This document shows positions 21,235 to 29,239 of a stretch of DNA of 32,000 nucleotides, piece by piece; position 1 is the stretch's first letter, and each line of letters begins with the position of its first letter. The notes under the pieces are model-generated. The model worked only from the letters and a program-made list of their open reading frames with translations, made no database searches and was not told where the DNA came from. The stretch is from Raphidiopsis brookii D9 (GTDB taxonomy: Bacteria; Cyanobacteriota; Cyanobacteriia; Cyanobacteriales; Nostocaceae): the NCBI GenBank assembly GCA_000175855.1, contig ACYB01000046.1, positions 60,001 through 92,000 of the forward strand, read 5' to 3'. The translations under genes and the position numbers were made by a program.

Positions 21235-22251
21235 CTATTTGTATTTAGGCAAATTAAAGTACCGATGGATAAATTTGCCATAGACCCTTTTCATCAATAA
21301 AGTTGCCAATCGGAATTTAGTAAGTTGGGGAATAGTAGATAATTGATGGCTTTGATGGTCAAAAAAGTGGTTAATTTCCGATAGGATTACTGAAAGTCGT
21401 GCTGTGATGCTTTCAGCTCGATACTCAGATAAAACTTGATTAGACAAAGTTAAATGAACTGGGGAATCCAATACTTTTATAATGCGTTGTAAATCATACT
21501 CAAGAGAATAACCAGCTATTTTATGGCAATTAAATGCGGGATCCAAATAATCTGAAAGACCACCGTTAATACTAGAAAAAACCTGACAACCACACGCCAA
21601 AGCTTCCATAGGCTGTAACCCAAAGCCTTCACTAACAGACTGTTGGGCCCAGTATTCCGCAGAGTCATAAAGGTAAATCTTCGACCTATTGAATAGTCCT
21701 GGTAAGTCTGGAACATAAGAATCCACCACTAAAACCCGACATTTTTGTTGAAGTGCGGGAATTAATTGCCAGAGTAGATATTCTGACGACTTGCGAGACT
21801 GGACTAGGACATCAATATCCCTGTCTAAATGAAGATTAGTAAACTCGTCAGAAATTTGATTAGGTAAGTAATAAATTAAATTATTGGGTGCTTTTTGTCC
21901 CCAGTATCCCATAGTATTGCGACTAACTGCAATAATAGGTATGGGAGATGGCAGATAAAATTTATACCCAGCACTGTGAGCATGATAGACCACATTGTAT
22001 TTTTGCAGTTTACGTACCAATTTAGGAATGTCAAATCCCCAGCTAACCACAAAAATCACATCCTGCAAATTTTGGTCTGGGAGGAGATCATCCAAAAACA
22101 GTAGGTTTTTTTCCCGTTGTCGATAGGTGACAACTTCTGCATTACAGATGTTGCGGACTAAATTAATGGTTTTTAACTCAGCCCAAAGACCCCCACAGGC
22201 GAACTTACCATTTGTTCCTGGTAATAAAAAGTAAAGTTTTCTCATTTTCAT
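21235..22251 (-). CDS. glycosyltransferase (GT-B fold, GT4/family-1-like)
   Basis: 338 aa. The C-terminal half contains SVSEGFGLQPMEALACGCQVFSS, the E-x7-E motif region typical of retaining GT4 enzymes. The N-terminal half cannot be assigned by eye. Confidence 0.6.
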   Translation of the reverse strand: MKMRKLYFLLPGTNGKFACGGLWAELKTINLVRNICNAEVVTYRQREKNLLFLDDLLPDQNLQDVIFVVSWGFDIPKLVRKLQKYNVVYHAHSAGYKFYLPSPIPIIAVSRNTMGYWGQKAPNNLIYYLPNQISDEFTNLHLDRDIDVLVQSRKSSEYLLWQLIPALQQKCRVLVVDSYVPDLPGLFNRSKIYLYDSAEYWAQQSVSEGFGLQPMEALACGCQVFSSINGGLSDYLDPAFNCHKIAGYSLEYDLQRIIKVLDSPVHLTLSNQVLSEYRAESITARLSVILSEINHFFDHQSHQLSTIPQLTKFRLATLLMKRVYGKFIHRYFNLPKYK

Positions 22252-22382
22252 TTTTATAGATGTCCCCAGAATTGAAGAACTATTTACGCCTTTACGCCAT
22301 TGAACCGTTCGTGCTAAAATGCTCCTTTGGATTTATAGGCAGATTTTTGATAGAGCAAACAGATGTTAGTTTGTTAAATCAA

Positions 22383-22676
22383 TTAGCTTATATTTGAATC
22401 CTGTGAACCATCTGAGATATTATGGTTAGGTAGTGTACAACAGTTAATATCATTTAAGCACACTTTTCCCCACTGCAAAGCCCAACGTACTAAAGCTACT
22501 CGGTTGTCTGTCCTGGTTTTGGTCAAGATATTGCTAATGTGGTTATCAACCGTACGTTTACTAATTTCCAACTTTGCTGCAATCTCTTGGTTAGTTAAGC
22601 CTGCGGCCACCAAGTCGATGATTTGCATTTCTCTATCTGAGAGAGTAACAGACGACTGAGACTCACTAGTAGCCAT
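22383..22676 (-). CDS. small LuxR-type HTH transcriptional regulator, PedR-like
   Basis: 97 aa. LSDREMQIIDLVAAGLTNQEIAAKLEISKRTVDNHISNILTKTRTDNRVALVRWA is a GerE/LuxR C-terminal HTH domain. There is no receiver or ligand domain, and the C-terminal tail carries Cys73, Cys79 and Cys80. Confidence 0.85.
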   Translation of the reverse strand: MATSESQSSVTLSDREMQIIDLVAAGLTNQEIAAKLEISKRTVDNHISNILTKTRTDNRVALVRWALQWGKVCLNDINCCTLPNHNISDGSQDSNIS

Positions 22677-22898
22677 GATTTATATATTTCTCCGTTAGTA
22701 TTCCAAAGATTAACTCTGTTGGTAGTTAAAAATAGACAAATTTGTTATATTATTGCACCAAATATTCTGAAAGATGGGATAAATTTAAGATATAATTTAG
22801 ACTTGTTTAATCATATTGAACAGACTAAAAATAGTCAACTCTATTGTTTTTGAATCCATTCCTACAGACTCCCAACTAGGTCATTTATCTAAAGTCAG

Positions 22899-23885
22899 AT
22901 GAATAATTCCAGTGTTTTGTGTCTTGGCGAAATTTTATTTGATTGTCTAGCTGATCAAATAGGTCTAAAATTAGAAGAAGTGAACTCCTGGACTCCTTAC
23001 CCGGGGGGGGCTCCTGCTAATGTGGCCTGTGCTTTGGTTAAACTGGGAACGAAAGCAGGATTTATCGGTGCTGTAGGACAGGATGATCCTGGTGACACCC
23101 TGGTAAAACTCCTGGGAGATGTGGGTGTGGATACTAGAGGTGTTCAACGCCATCCTACAGCTCCTACCCGTGAAGTTTATGTGGTTAGAGATTTGAATGG
23201 CGATCGCACTTTTGCTGGATTTGGTAAATATCACACTAGCGATTTTGCTGACACCTGCTTAAAGGCCAGTGATTTACCCAAGGAGTTGTTTAACGAAGCG
23301 GATTTTTTAGTCTTGGGAACATTGGAATTGGCCTACCCCGAAAGTGAAGCTGCTACTCATCAAGCTTTACAACTAGCGGAACGGTATGACCTAAAGATTG
23401 TTTTGGATGTGAATTGGCGACCTGTGTTTTGGCAGGACAGTGAGTTAGCAAAGCAGAAGATTCACCAAATATTACCCAATTGTGATTTTATCAAGCTGAC
23501 TAAAGAAGAGGGCGAGTGGCTATTTAATACTAGTGATGCCGGTGCAATTACTTATAGACTCAACTCTTTAGAAGGGGTTTTAGTGACAGATGGAGAAAAT
23601 GGTTGTTCCTATTGTTTGGCGGAAAACGAGGGCAAACTACCAGCTTTTTCCGTACCTGTGGTGGATACCACTGGTGCGGGAGATAGTTTTTTGGCTGGGT
23701 TTGTTCATCAGTTAAACCAGTATGGGATTCAAGCTTTAAGCGATCCGCAAATTGCCAAATCAGTTATTACCTATGCCAGTGCAGTAGGTGCCCTGACTAC
23801 TATCAACCTAGGAGCGATCGCATCTCAACCAACCGCACAGGAAGTAGAGGCCTTTCTGCATAGCAATAAACTCAGCCTAATATAA
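22899..23885 (+). CDS. PfkB-family carbohydrate kinase, probably fructokinase
   Basis: 328 aa with LCLGEILFD, PGGAPANVACAL and the PfkB signature DTTGAGDSFLAGF. Confidence 0.85.
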   Translation: MNNSSVLCLGEILFDCLADQIGLKLEEVNSWTPYPGGAPANVACALVKLGTKAGFIGAVGQDDPGDTLVKLLGDVGVDTRGVQRHPTAPTREVYVVRDLNGDRTFAGFGKYHTSDFADTCLKASDLPKELFNEADFLVLGTLELAYPESEAATHQALQLAERYDLKIVLDVNWRPVFWQDSELAKQKIHQILPNCDFIKLTKEEGEWLFNTSDAGAITYRLNSLEGVLVTDGENGCSYCLAENEGKLPAFSVPVVDTTGAGDSFLAGFVHQLNQYGIQALSDPQIAKSVITYASAVGALTTINLGAIASQPTAQEVEAFLHSNKLSLI

Positions 23886-24054
23886 CCTGCAATCCGGTAA
23901 CTAATCTTTCTATGGTTGGTGCTGCTGTTTCCGGTTTCAAAACACCGTATGCAACTCGTAAACTGTTTTTAATCAACTCCCCCACTAAGGGAATCACTGG
24001 GGATTGCACTCCACTCATTCGGGAAAATTGATAATTCCATGGTTGATTATTCAT
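23872..24054 (-). pseudogene. 60-codon ORF resembling the N-terminus of a class I/II PLP aminotransferase (possible gene remnant, or a genuine small ORF)
   Basis: The ATG (complement of 24052-24054) lies 2 nt after the aroA stop codon. The ORF reads MNNQPWNYQFSRMSGVQSPVIPLVGELIKNSLRVAYGVLKPETAAP... and stops after 60 codons, 14 nt inside the 3' end of the convergent kinase gene. The VQSPxIPxVGELI motif recalls N-termini of roughly 390-aa cyanobacterial aminotransferases. This is from memory and unverified. Confidence 0.3.
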
Positions 24055-24056
24055 AG

Positions 24057-25421
24057 TTATTGCGATTTTCTCAACCCACAAACTTCTACTAATGTGCTGG
24101 TAAAATTAGGATAGGAAATGGCTGCTGCTTCAGCACGATGAATGGTAGTAGTACCAATAGCATTTAAAGCTGCGATCGCCAAACTCATGCCTATTCTATG
24201 ATCTGCATAACTATCCACCTGGGTCCCCACTAAACTAGCACCACCAGTAATTTCCATACCATCAGCTAACTCAGTGACCCTGGCACCCATTTTATTCAAC
24301 TGTTGTGCCATTACAGTAATGCGATCGCTCTCCTTGACTCGTAATTCTGCTGCATCTCTGATTATAGTTGTTCCCTTAGCAAAGGAAGCGGCAACGGATA
24401 GGATAGGAATCTCATCAATTAGTCTAGGTATAATATCGCCAGCAATGGTACAGCTTTGTAGTTGACTAGAGCGCACATGCAAATCCGCAACAGGTTCTCC
24501 TGCGACTTCCCGCTGATTTTCTAATTGGATATTTGCTCCCATAACAGTCAAAGCTTCTAGAATTCCCGTGCGGGTAGGATTGACCCCCACATTTTCCACC
24601 ACTAAATCAGATCCAGGAACAATAGATCCAGCAACCAACCAAAAAGCAGCAGAGCTGATATCACCAGGAACAATTACCTTCTGACCATAAAGTTTAGCAT
24701 TACCCGTAATAGTCACACTATTACTCCCTGGGTCTATGGTTAAATCTGCTCCAAAAGCTTTTAACATTCGTTCACTGTGATCTCGAGATAAAGCTGGCTC
24801 TGTTACGGTGGTTTTTCCTTCCGTGTTCAAACCAGCAAGAAGAATACAAGATTTGACCTGAGCTGAAGCAATGGGGGAGTGATAATGGATGGGTTTAAGA
24901 GATTGCCCTTGAATAGCTAAAGGTGCTAAAGTATTACCCTTTCTACCCCAGATTTGAGCTGACATTTGTTGTAAAGGCTTGACCACGCGGGACATGGGAC
25001 GCGATCGCAAGGAATCATCACCAGTGACAGCGAAAAATATGCCAGGATGGGAAGCTAACAAACCCAACATTAGGCGAATAGTCGTGCCCGAGTTGCCCGC
25101 ATTTAAAACATCGACAGGTTCTTGGAAATTCCCTAGACCAATACCCTGAACCCGCACCAACTGGGTGTTTAAATCAGAAATTTCTGCCCCCAGAGAACGA
25201 AAACAGCTAGCAGTGCTGCGGGGATCCTCACCCAGTAGCAGTCCTTGAATTTCTGTTTCTCCCTCAGCAATAGCTCCCAACATCAAAGCGCGATGAGAAA
25301 TAGACTTATCACCGGGAACTTGAATGCGACCTTGTAGAGACAAATCGGAATCAGATCTGTGAATAATTAAGTTATGAGAACCAGTTTCTCGAGTTTCTAA
25401 AGTTATAATATCAGCTGACAT
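24057..25421 (-). CDS. aroA: 3-phosphoshikimate 1-carboxyvinyltransferase (EPSP synthase)
   Basis: 454 aa with [38 protein letters not shown] and RVKESDR(I). These are canonical EPSPS motifs. Confidence 0.96.
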   Translation of the reverse strand: MSADIITLETRETGSHNLIIHRSDSDLSLQGRIQVPGDKSISHRALMLGAIAEGETEIQGLLLGEDPRSTASCFRSLGAEISDLNTQLVRVQGIGLGNFQEPVDVLNAGNSGTTIRLMLGLLASHPGIFFAVTGDDSLRSRPMSRVVKPLQQMSAQIWGRKGNTLAPLAIQGQSLKPIHYHSPIASAQVKSCILLAGLNTEGKTTVTEPALSRDHSERMLKAFGADLTIDPGSNSVTITGNAKLYGQKVIVPGDISSAAFWLVAGSIVPGSDLVVENVGVNPTRTGILEALTVMGANIQLENQREVAGEPVADLHVRSSQLQSCTIAGDIIPRLIDEIPILSVAASFAKGTTIIRDAAELRVKESDRITVMAQQLNKMGARVTELADGMEITGGASLVGTQVDSYADHRIGMSLAIAALNAIGTTTIHRAEAAAISYPNFTSTLVEVCGLRKSQ

Positions 25422-25615
25422 TAGAGTACACTAGCTTTGGAATAGGTGGGAATTTTTCAGTCGCTTCTGTTGCTGTCACTGGTAAATTCCTCCCCAATAT
25501 CCTACCGCTTTTTAGCACTCCTAGTATCCAGGTTTCTGACAAAACATCCTTAATGCCTAGTAATCTTGAACTTACCCATCAAATCTTGACCCAATTTACG
25601 CTGACTACATTAAAC

Positions 25616-25644
25616 TTGATTCTATGGTATTAAACTCATATAGT
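25616..25644 (+). promoter_or_regulatory. candidate sigma70-type promoter for the hypothetical / TS-like gene pair
   Basis: TTGATT (25616-25621), a 17-nt spacer, then TATAGT (25639-25644). It lies about 35-55 nt upstream of the possible start codons at 25678 and 25696. Confidence 0.35.
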
Positions 25645-25695
25645 TATTTTAAATAGTTTATTTATCCAACTAACTACTTGCAAAAATTATTAATC

Positions 25696-26208
25696 ATGCT
25701 CACTCATCACCAAAAACCCGTTTGTTTATCTATTATTTCCACCGATTTACCAGTTTGGTCAGTTGTGGAAACTCCTGCTACCCTATATCAAAAAGACACT
25801 GAGAGGTTTCACTTACTTCTAACAGCACCACCCTTAATTAGTTGTGAAGCGGGCAATATATCCACTACGGAAAATGCGATCGCTCCGATCCACAAACATT
25901 TGGAGACCCCTCCCAGTCCTAGAATTTTATGGGTAGAGATTTCACCCTACCGAATTACCATGACCATGCAGGGTAGTACTCAAATTAGTTACAGGCATTT
26001 TTGGGAGAAAGGGGTTTATGGAATGAGTCGTTATTGGCTACCTGTTGAATCGTTACAACCATGTCAACCAATTCGTTTACGTAATTTTACCACTAACCTA
26101 AAATTAACTGGAAAAATTTTGCCAGAAAATTTACGGATTGACTATGAATTGTGGTCGCAAAAGTTGCAGTTGGGTCGATATATTCTCAACTTGGAAATTC
26201 ATCATTGA
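25696..26208 (+). CDS. hypothetical protein (no recognisable domain)
   Basis: The ORF is open from TTG at 25678, and the first ATG is at 25696 (MLTHHQKP...). It contains one HIP1 site (25876). It ends 9 nt before the start of the TS-like gene, which suggests co-transcription. Confidence 0.55.
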   Translation: MLTHHQKPVCLSIISTDLPVWSVVETPATLYQKDTERFHLLLTAPPLISCEAGNISTTENAIAPIHKHLETPPSPRILWVEISPYRITMTMQGSTQISYRHFWEKGVYGMSRYWLPVESLQPCQPIRLRNFTTNLKLTGKILPENLRIDYELWSQKLQLGRYILNLEIHH

Positions 26209-26217
26209 TCTGTTTAT

Positions 26218-27759
26218 ATGACACCAGAAGTTAGAACGGATAGATTTAATTATATTGCAAAGTATAAAAGCAATCAATTGATTTACGGTAATGGAAACAC
26301 AGTAGTAGTAACTGGTTGGACCGTAAAAGAAGCTCTATGTAAACGTCTACAACCATCCGAGTATGCAGTCATTGGACAATTGTACTCACCGACTAGGGGG
26401 ATAAATATATTAGTTCGCAACTTGTTGTTAAATCCCCATGTGCACTATTTAATAGTTATAAATGCTACTAAAGAAGATAAAAATGCTGGTGCTATAGAAT
26501 GTTTACTAGATTTTTTTGCCCATGGTGTGGAAGAAAATTTTAGTGATAGTGGTCGCAGATCCTGGGTAATTTGCTCTCCTATTCCTGGATACATAGACAT
26601 TGAAGTTGATATTAAGGCTTTGGAAAAACTGCGTCATAGTATGGAGGTTGTAACGGCAAAATCAATTTCTGTAGCTATCGAAAAAATTCAATCCTATGCA
26701 CAAAAACCAATTCTTCCTCCCTGGGGAATGGCACTAGAATTCTCCATGTCTAAATTTGAAACCCCAATTTTACCAGGAGTAATTTATGGACATAGAATAG
26801 AAGGTAAAACCATAGCTGAAACTTGGGTAAAAATCATTCATCGGATTAAAACAACGGGAAAAATCAGACCCAGTGCTTATGATAGTAAATGGCAAGAATT
26901 AATTGATTTAATGGCAATTATTACCGATGAACCTGAAGACTTTTATTTTCCTGACCCTAATTACCTACCAATAGACAGAAGCTATTTACCAGAATATATT
27001 TCCCAGGTTTTAGATGATGCACCTGAACAAGAAGGTGTCAAATATACTTATGGAAAAAGACTACGTTCTTGGTTTGGTAAAGACCAGATTCAGCAAGTAA
27101 TTGATAAATTAACTAATGATTTTGATTCTGCTAGAGCAGTAATGTCTCTATGGGATCCAGAGCAGGATCATCATGATAGTCCACCTTGTTTAAATCATAT
27201 TTGGGTGAGAATAATGGATAATCAATTATCTTTAACAGCAACATTCCGCAGCAATGATATGTTTTCTGCTTGGCCAGCAAATGCTATGGGATTAAGAGCT
27301 TTACAAAAGTACATTTATGATAGAGTTCATAATGGGGTTGATAATAAAACAAATCAAGACTTTTTTGGTCAGTTGCAGCTTGGTCCCTTAATTACTATTA
27401 GTCAAAGTGCCCATATTTATGATGAATGTTGGGAAAGTGCAGAAAATGTGATTGCTTCCCACTACCGGAAAATGTTCCAGGAAAAGGATTATTTTGACCC
27501 TGCAGGAAACTTTATTATTTATATCCAGGATGGTAATATTATAGTGGAGCATACCACCCCTAATTCAGGGGAGGTCATTAATTGTTATTCTGGTAAATCC
27601 GCAGTTCAACTTTCTAGAGAAATAATATTCAGTTCCCCCGGATTACAAGTTGATCACGCTATGTATTTGGGTTCGGAATTACAAAAAGCTGAGATGGCTT
27701 TATCCAGTCAACAAGGGTTGATTTATGAGCAGGATAAACCTTTAAAAACCAATAGCTAG
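26218..27759 (+). CDS. thymidylate synthase-like protein with an MtrA-like N-terminal domain and a DUF4346-like C-terminal domain
   Basis: 513 aa. Core ThyA-fold motifs are present: YTYGKRLRSWFG, SARAVMSLWDPEQDHHDSPPCLNH (candidate catalytic Cys324, nt 27187-27189), TFRSNDMFSAWPANAMG and SQSAHIYDECW. Residues 1 to about 165 (TVVVTGWT ... GINILVRNLLLNPHVHYLIVINATKEDKNAG ... LLDFFAHGVEE) resemble the MtrA family. Residues about 420-500 (DYFDPAGNFIIYIQDGNIIVEH ... HAMYLGSELQKAEMAL) resemble DUF4346. Confidence 0.8.
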   Translation: MTPEVRTDRFNYIAKYKSNQLIYGNGNTVVVTGWTVKEALCKRLQPSEYAVIGQLYSPTRGINILVRNLLLNPHVHYLIVINATKEDKNAGAIECLLDFFAHGVEENFSDSGRRSWVICSPIPGYIDIEVDIKALEKLRHSMEVVTAKSISVAIEKIQSYAQKPILPPWGMALEFSMSKFETPILPGVIYGHRIEGKTIAETWVKIIHRIKTTGKIRPSAYDSKWQELIDLMAIITDEPEDFYFPDPNYLPIDRSYLPEYISQVLDDAPEQEGVKYTYGKRLRSWFGKDQIQQVIDKLTNDFDSARAVMSLWDPEQDHHDSPPCLNHIWVRIMDNQLSLTATFRSNDMFSAWPANAMGLRALQKYIYDRVHNGVDNKTNQDFFGQLQLGPLITISQSAHIYDECWESAENVIASHYRKMFQEKDYFDPAGNFIIYIQDGNIIVEHTTPNSGEVINCYSGKSAVQLSREIIFSSPGLQVDHAMYLGSELQKAEMALSSQQGLIYEQDKPLKTNS

Positions 27760-27784
27760 ATTAATTTTTGGATCAGCTTCCAAA

Positions 27785-28792
27785 TCAAACTTGGTAATAA
27801 TCCCTGTACCATTCTACAAACCGCTTCACCCCAACTTCAATGGGGGTAGCAGGCTTAAAGCCAACGTCTTGAATTAAATCGTCAACATCTGCGTACGTCA
27901 TGGTCACATCACCTGGTTGCAAAGGCAACATATTCTTTTTCGCTTTTATACCCAAGCACTCCTCTATAACTTCAATAAATCGAGATAACTCTACAGGGTT
28001 ATTATTGCCAATATTATATATCTTATAAGGTGCTTTACTACTACCAGGATTAGGATCGTCACCAGACCAACTAGTATTACCTTGGGGGATACTAGTTATG
28101 ACTCTTACTATACCTTCAACAATGTCGTCAATATATGTAAAATCCCGCTTCATTTTACCATAATTGAAAACTTCTATAGGTTCTCCTGAGAGGATAGCCT
28201 TAGTGAAGAGAAATAAAGCCATATCTGGTCTTCCCCAAGGACCATAAACGGTGAAAAAACGCAGTCCCGTGGTAGGTAATCCATAAAGGTGACTGTAAGT
28301 ATGCGCCATTAACTCATTAGCTTTTTTGGTAGCAGCATATAAACTAATGGGATGATCTACATTGTCATGGGTAGAAAACGGAACTTTAGTATTAGCTCCA
28401 TAGACAGAGCTGGAGGAAGCAAATACTAAGTGTTTAACTTGATGGTGACGACAGGACTCTAAAATGTTGGTAAACCCGACAATATTACTGTTAATATAGG
28501 CATGGGGGTTTTTCAGAGAGTATCTCACTCCCGCTTGAGCTGCTAGATTCACAACCGCGTCAAATTCATGCTCTGTAAACAATTTGTCGATCCCTTGCTG
28601 ATCGGCCAATTCCACATGAGCAAAGGTAAAGAGTTTATTGGGCTGTAATTGTTCTAATCGAGCCTGTTTCAGGGAAACATCGTAGTAGTTATTCAAGTTG
28701 TCTATCCCTATTACAGTCTCGCCTTGACGCAACAAGTAGTTAGTTAAATGAAAGCCAATGAATCCTGCAGCACCGGTGACCAAAATTTTCAT
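27785..28792 (-). CDS. NAD-dependent sugar-nucleotide epimerase, probably UDP-glucuronate 4-epimerase
   Basis: 335 aa with the Rossmann motif [31 protein letters not shown] (typical of UDP-GlcA 4-epimerases) and the catalytic [11 protein letters not shown] (YxxxK). Confidence 0.85.
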   Translation of the reverse strand: MKILVTGAAGFIGFHLTNYLLRQGETVIGIDNLNNYYDVSLKQARLEQLQPNKLFTFAHVELADQQGIDKLFTEHEFDAVVNLAAQAGVRYSLKNPHAYINSNIVGFTNILESCRHHQVKHLVFASSSSVYGANTKVPFSTHDNVDHPISLYAATKKANELMAHTYSHLYGLPTTGLRFFTVYGPWGRPDMALFLFTKAILSGEPIEVFNYGKMKRDFTYIDDIVEGIVRVITSIPQGNTSWSGDDPNPGSSKAPYKIYNIGNNNPVELSRFIEVIEECLGIKAKKNMLPLQPGDVTMTYADVDDLIQDVGFKPATPIEVGVKRFVEWYRDYYQV

Positions 28793-28848
28793 AGTAATTT
28801 CGAAGACATTGTAGGCACAATCATACCATAGCAGATTAAATTAACAAG

Positions 28849-28921
28849 TACCCCCAGGGGAATTCGAATCCCCGTTACCTCCGTGAAAGGGAGATGTCCT
28901 AGGCCTCTAGACGATGGGGGC
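28849..28921 (-). tRNA. trnE: tRNA-Glu (anticodon UUC)
   Basis: The reverse complement reads GCCCCCATCGTCTAGAGGCCTAGGACATCTCCCTTTCACGGAGGTAACGGGGATTCGAATTCCCCTGGGGGTA. It has a 7-bp acceptor stem (G1-U72 wobble), anticodon loop CTTTCAC, T-arm GGGGATTCGAATTCCCC and discriminator A. CCA is not encoded. It is near-identical in pattern to plastid and cyanobacterial tRNA-Glu. Confidence 0.95.
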
Positions 28922-28940
28922 GCTGGACTTCACTCTTATT

Positions 28941-28969
28941 AACCTACCCTATTATTTCGGGAATGTCAA
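28941..28969 (-). promoter_or_regulatory. candidate promoter for tRNA-Glu
   Basis: On the minus strand: TTGACA (complement of 28964-28969), a 17-nt spacer, then TAGGTT (complement of 28941-28946). The -10 element ends 19 nt upstream of the mature tRNA 5' end. Confidence 0.35.
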
Positions 28970-29239
28970 CTAGTTCCAGAAAATTTTTTTCTCGAACTTT
29001 TTCGGGTAAGAAGTAAACCTTTATAACTGCAGGAGATCTTTCAATCCAATATTTCCTCACATTTCCGAGATAATAGGGTGGCTAAATCCGGAAAAAACAT
29101 GTAATATAAAGAGCCAAGTAGAAAAAACGCCCTCAAATTCGTCATGACGGGAATGTTATTTAGACTTGTAAACTTACACTTGTAATTGTTGAAGAGGTTA
29201 ATTAAAGGATCTTGAGATTAATAACTCAAAATCTATAAC

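Noticed and set aside
21235-22251. Lower GC in the glycosyltransferase gene (two 60-nt spot checks gave 32% and 38%) as a sign of horizontal transfer
   Set aside because: The spot checks are too small to be meaningful. The highly expressed apc genes inflate the local comparison, and no mobility genes or repeats flank the gene. A genome-wide codon and GC analysis is needed.
25449-25490. Imperfect hairpin (GGAATTT ... AAATTCC with an inner CAGT/ACTG) in the aroA upstream region
   Set aside because: The loop is large and mostly unpaired, there is no terminator tail, and I recognise no riboswitch consensus. It is probably an unremarkable 5' UTR structure.
27767-27784. Hairpin TTTGGA-TCAGCT-TCCAAA between the convergent TS-like and epimerase genes
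   Set aside because: It is a 6-bp AU-rich stem with no U-run on either strand. It is not a convincing terminator.
25422-29239. Possibility that the block next to tRNA-Glu (hypothetical, TS-like and epimerase genes) is a tRNA-integrated island
   Set aside because: I found no integrase and no second copy of the tRNA 3' end (searched by eye for ccccaggggaattcgaatcc fragments). The flanking genes are housekeeping. Spot-checked GC of about 38% is only slightly below that of neighbouring genes, and the hypothetical ORF carries a native HIP1 site.
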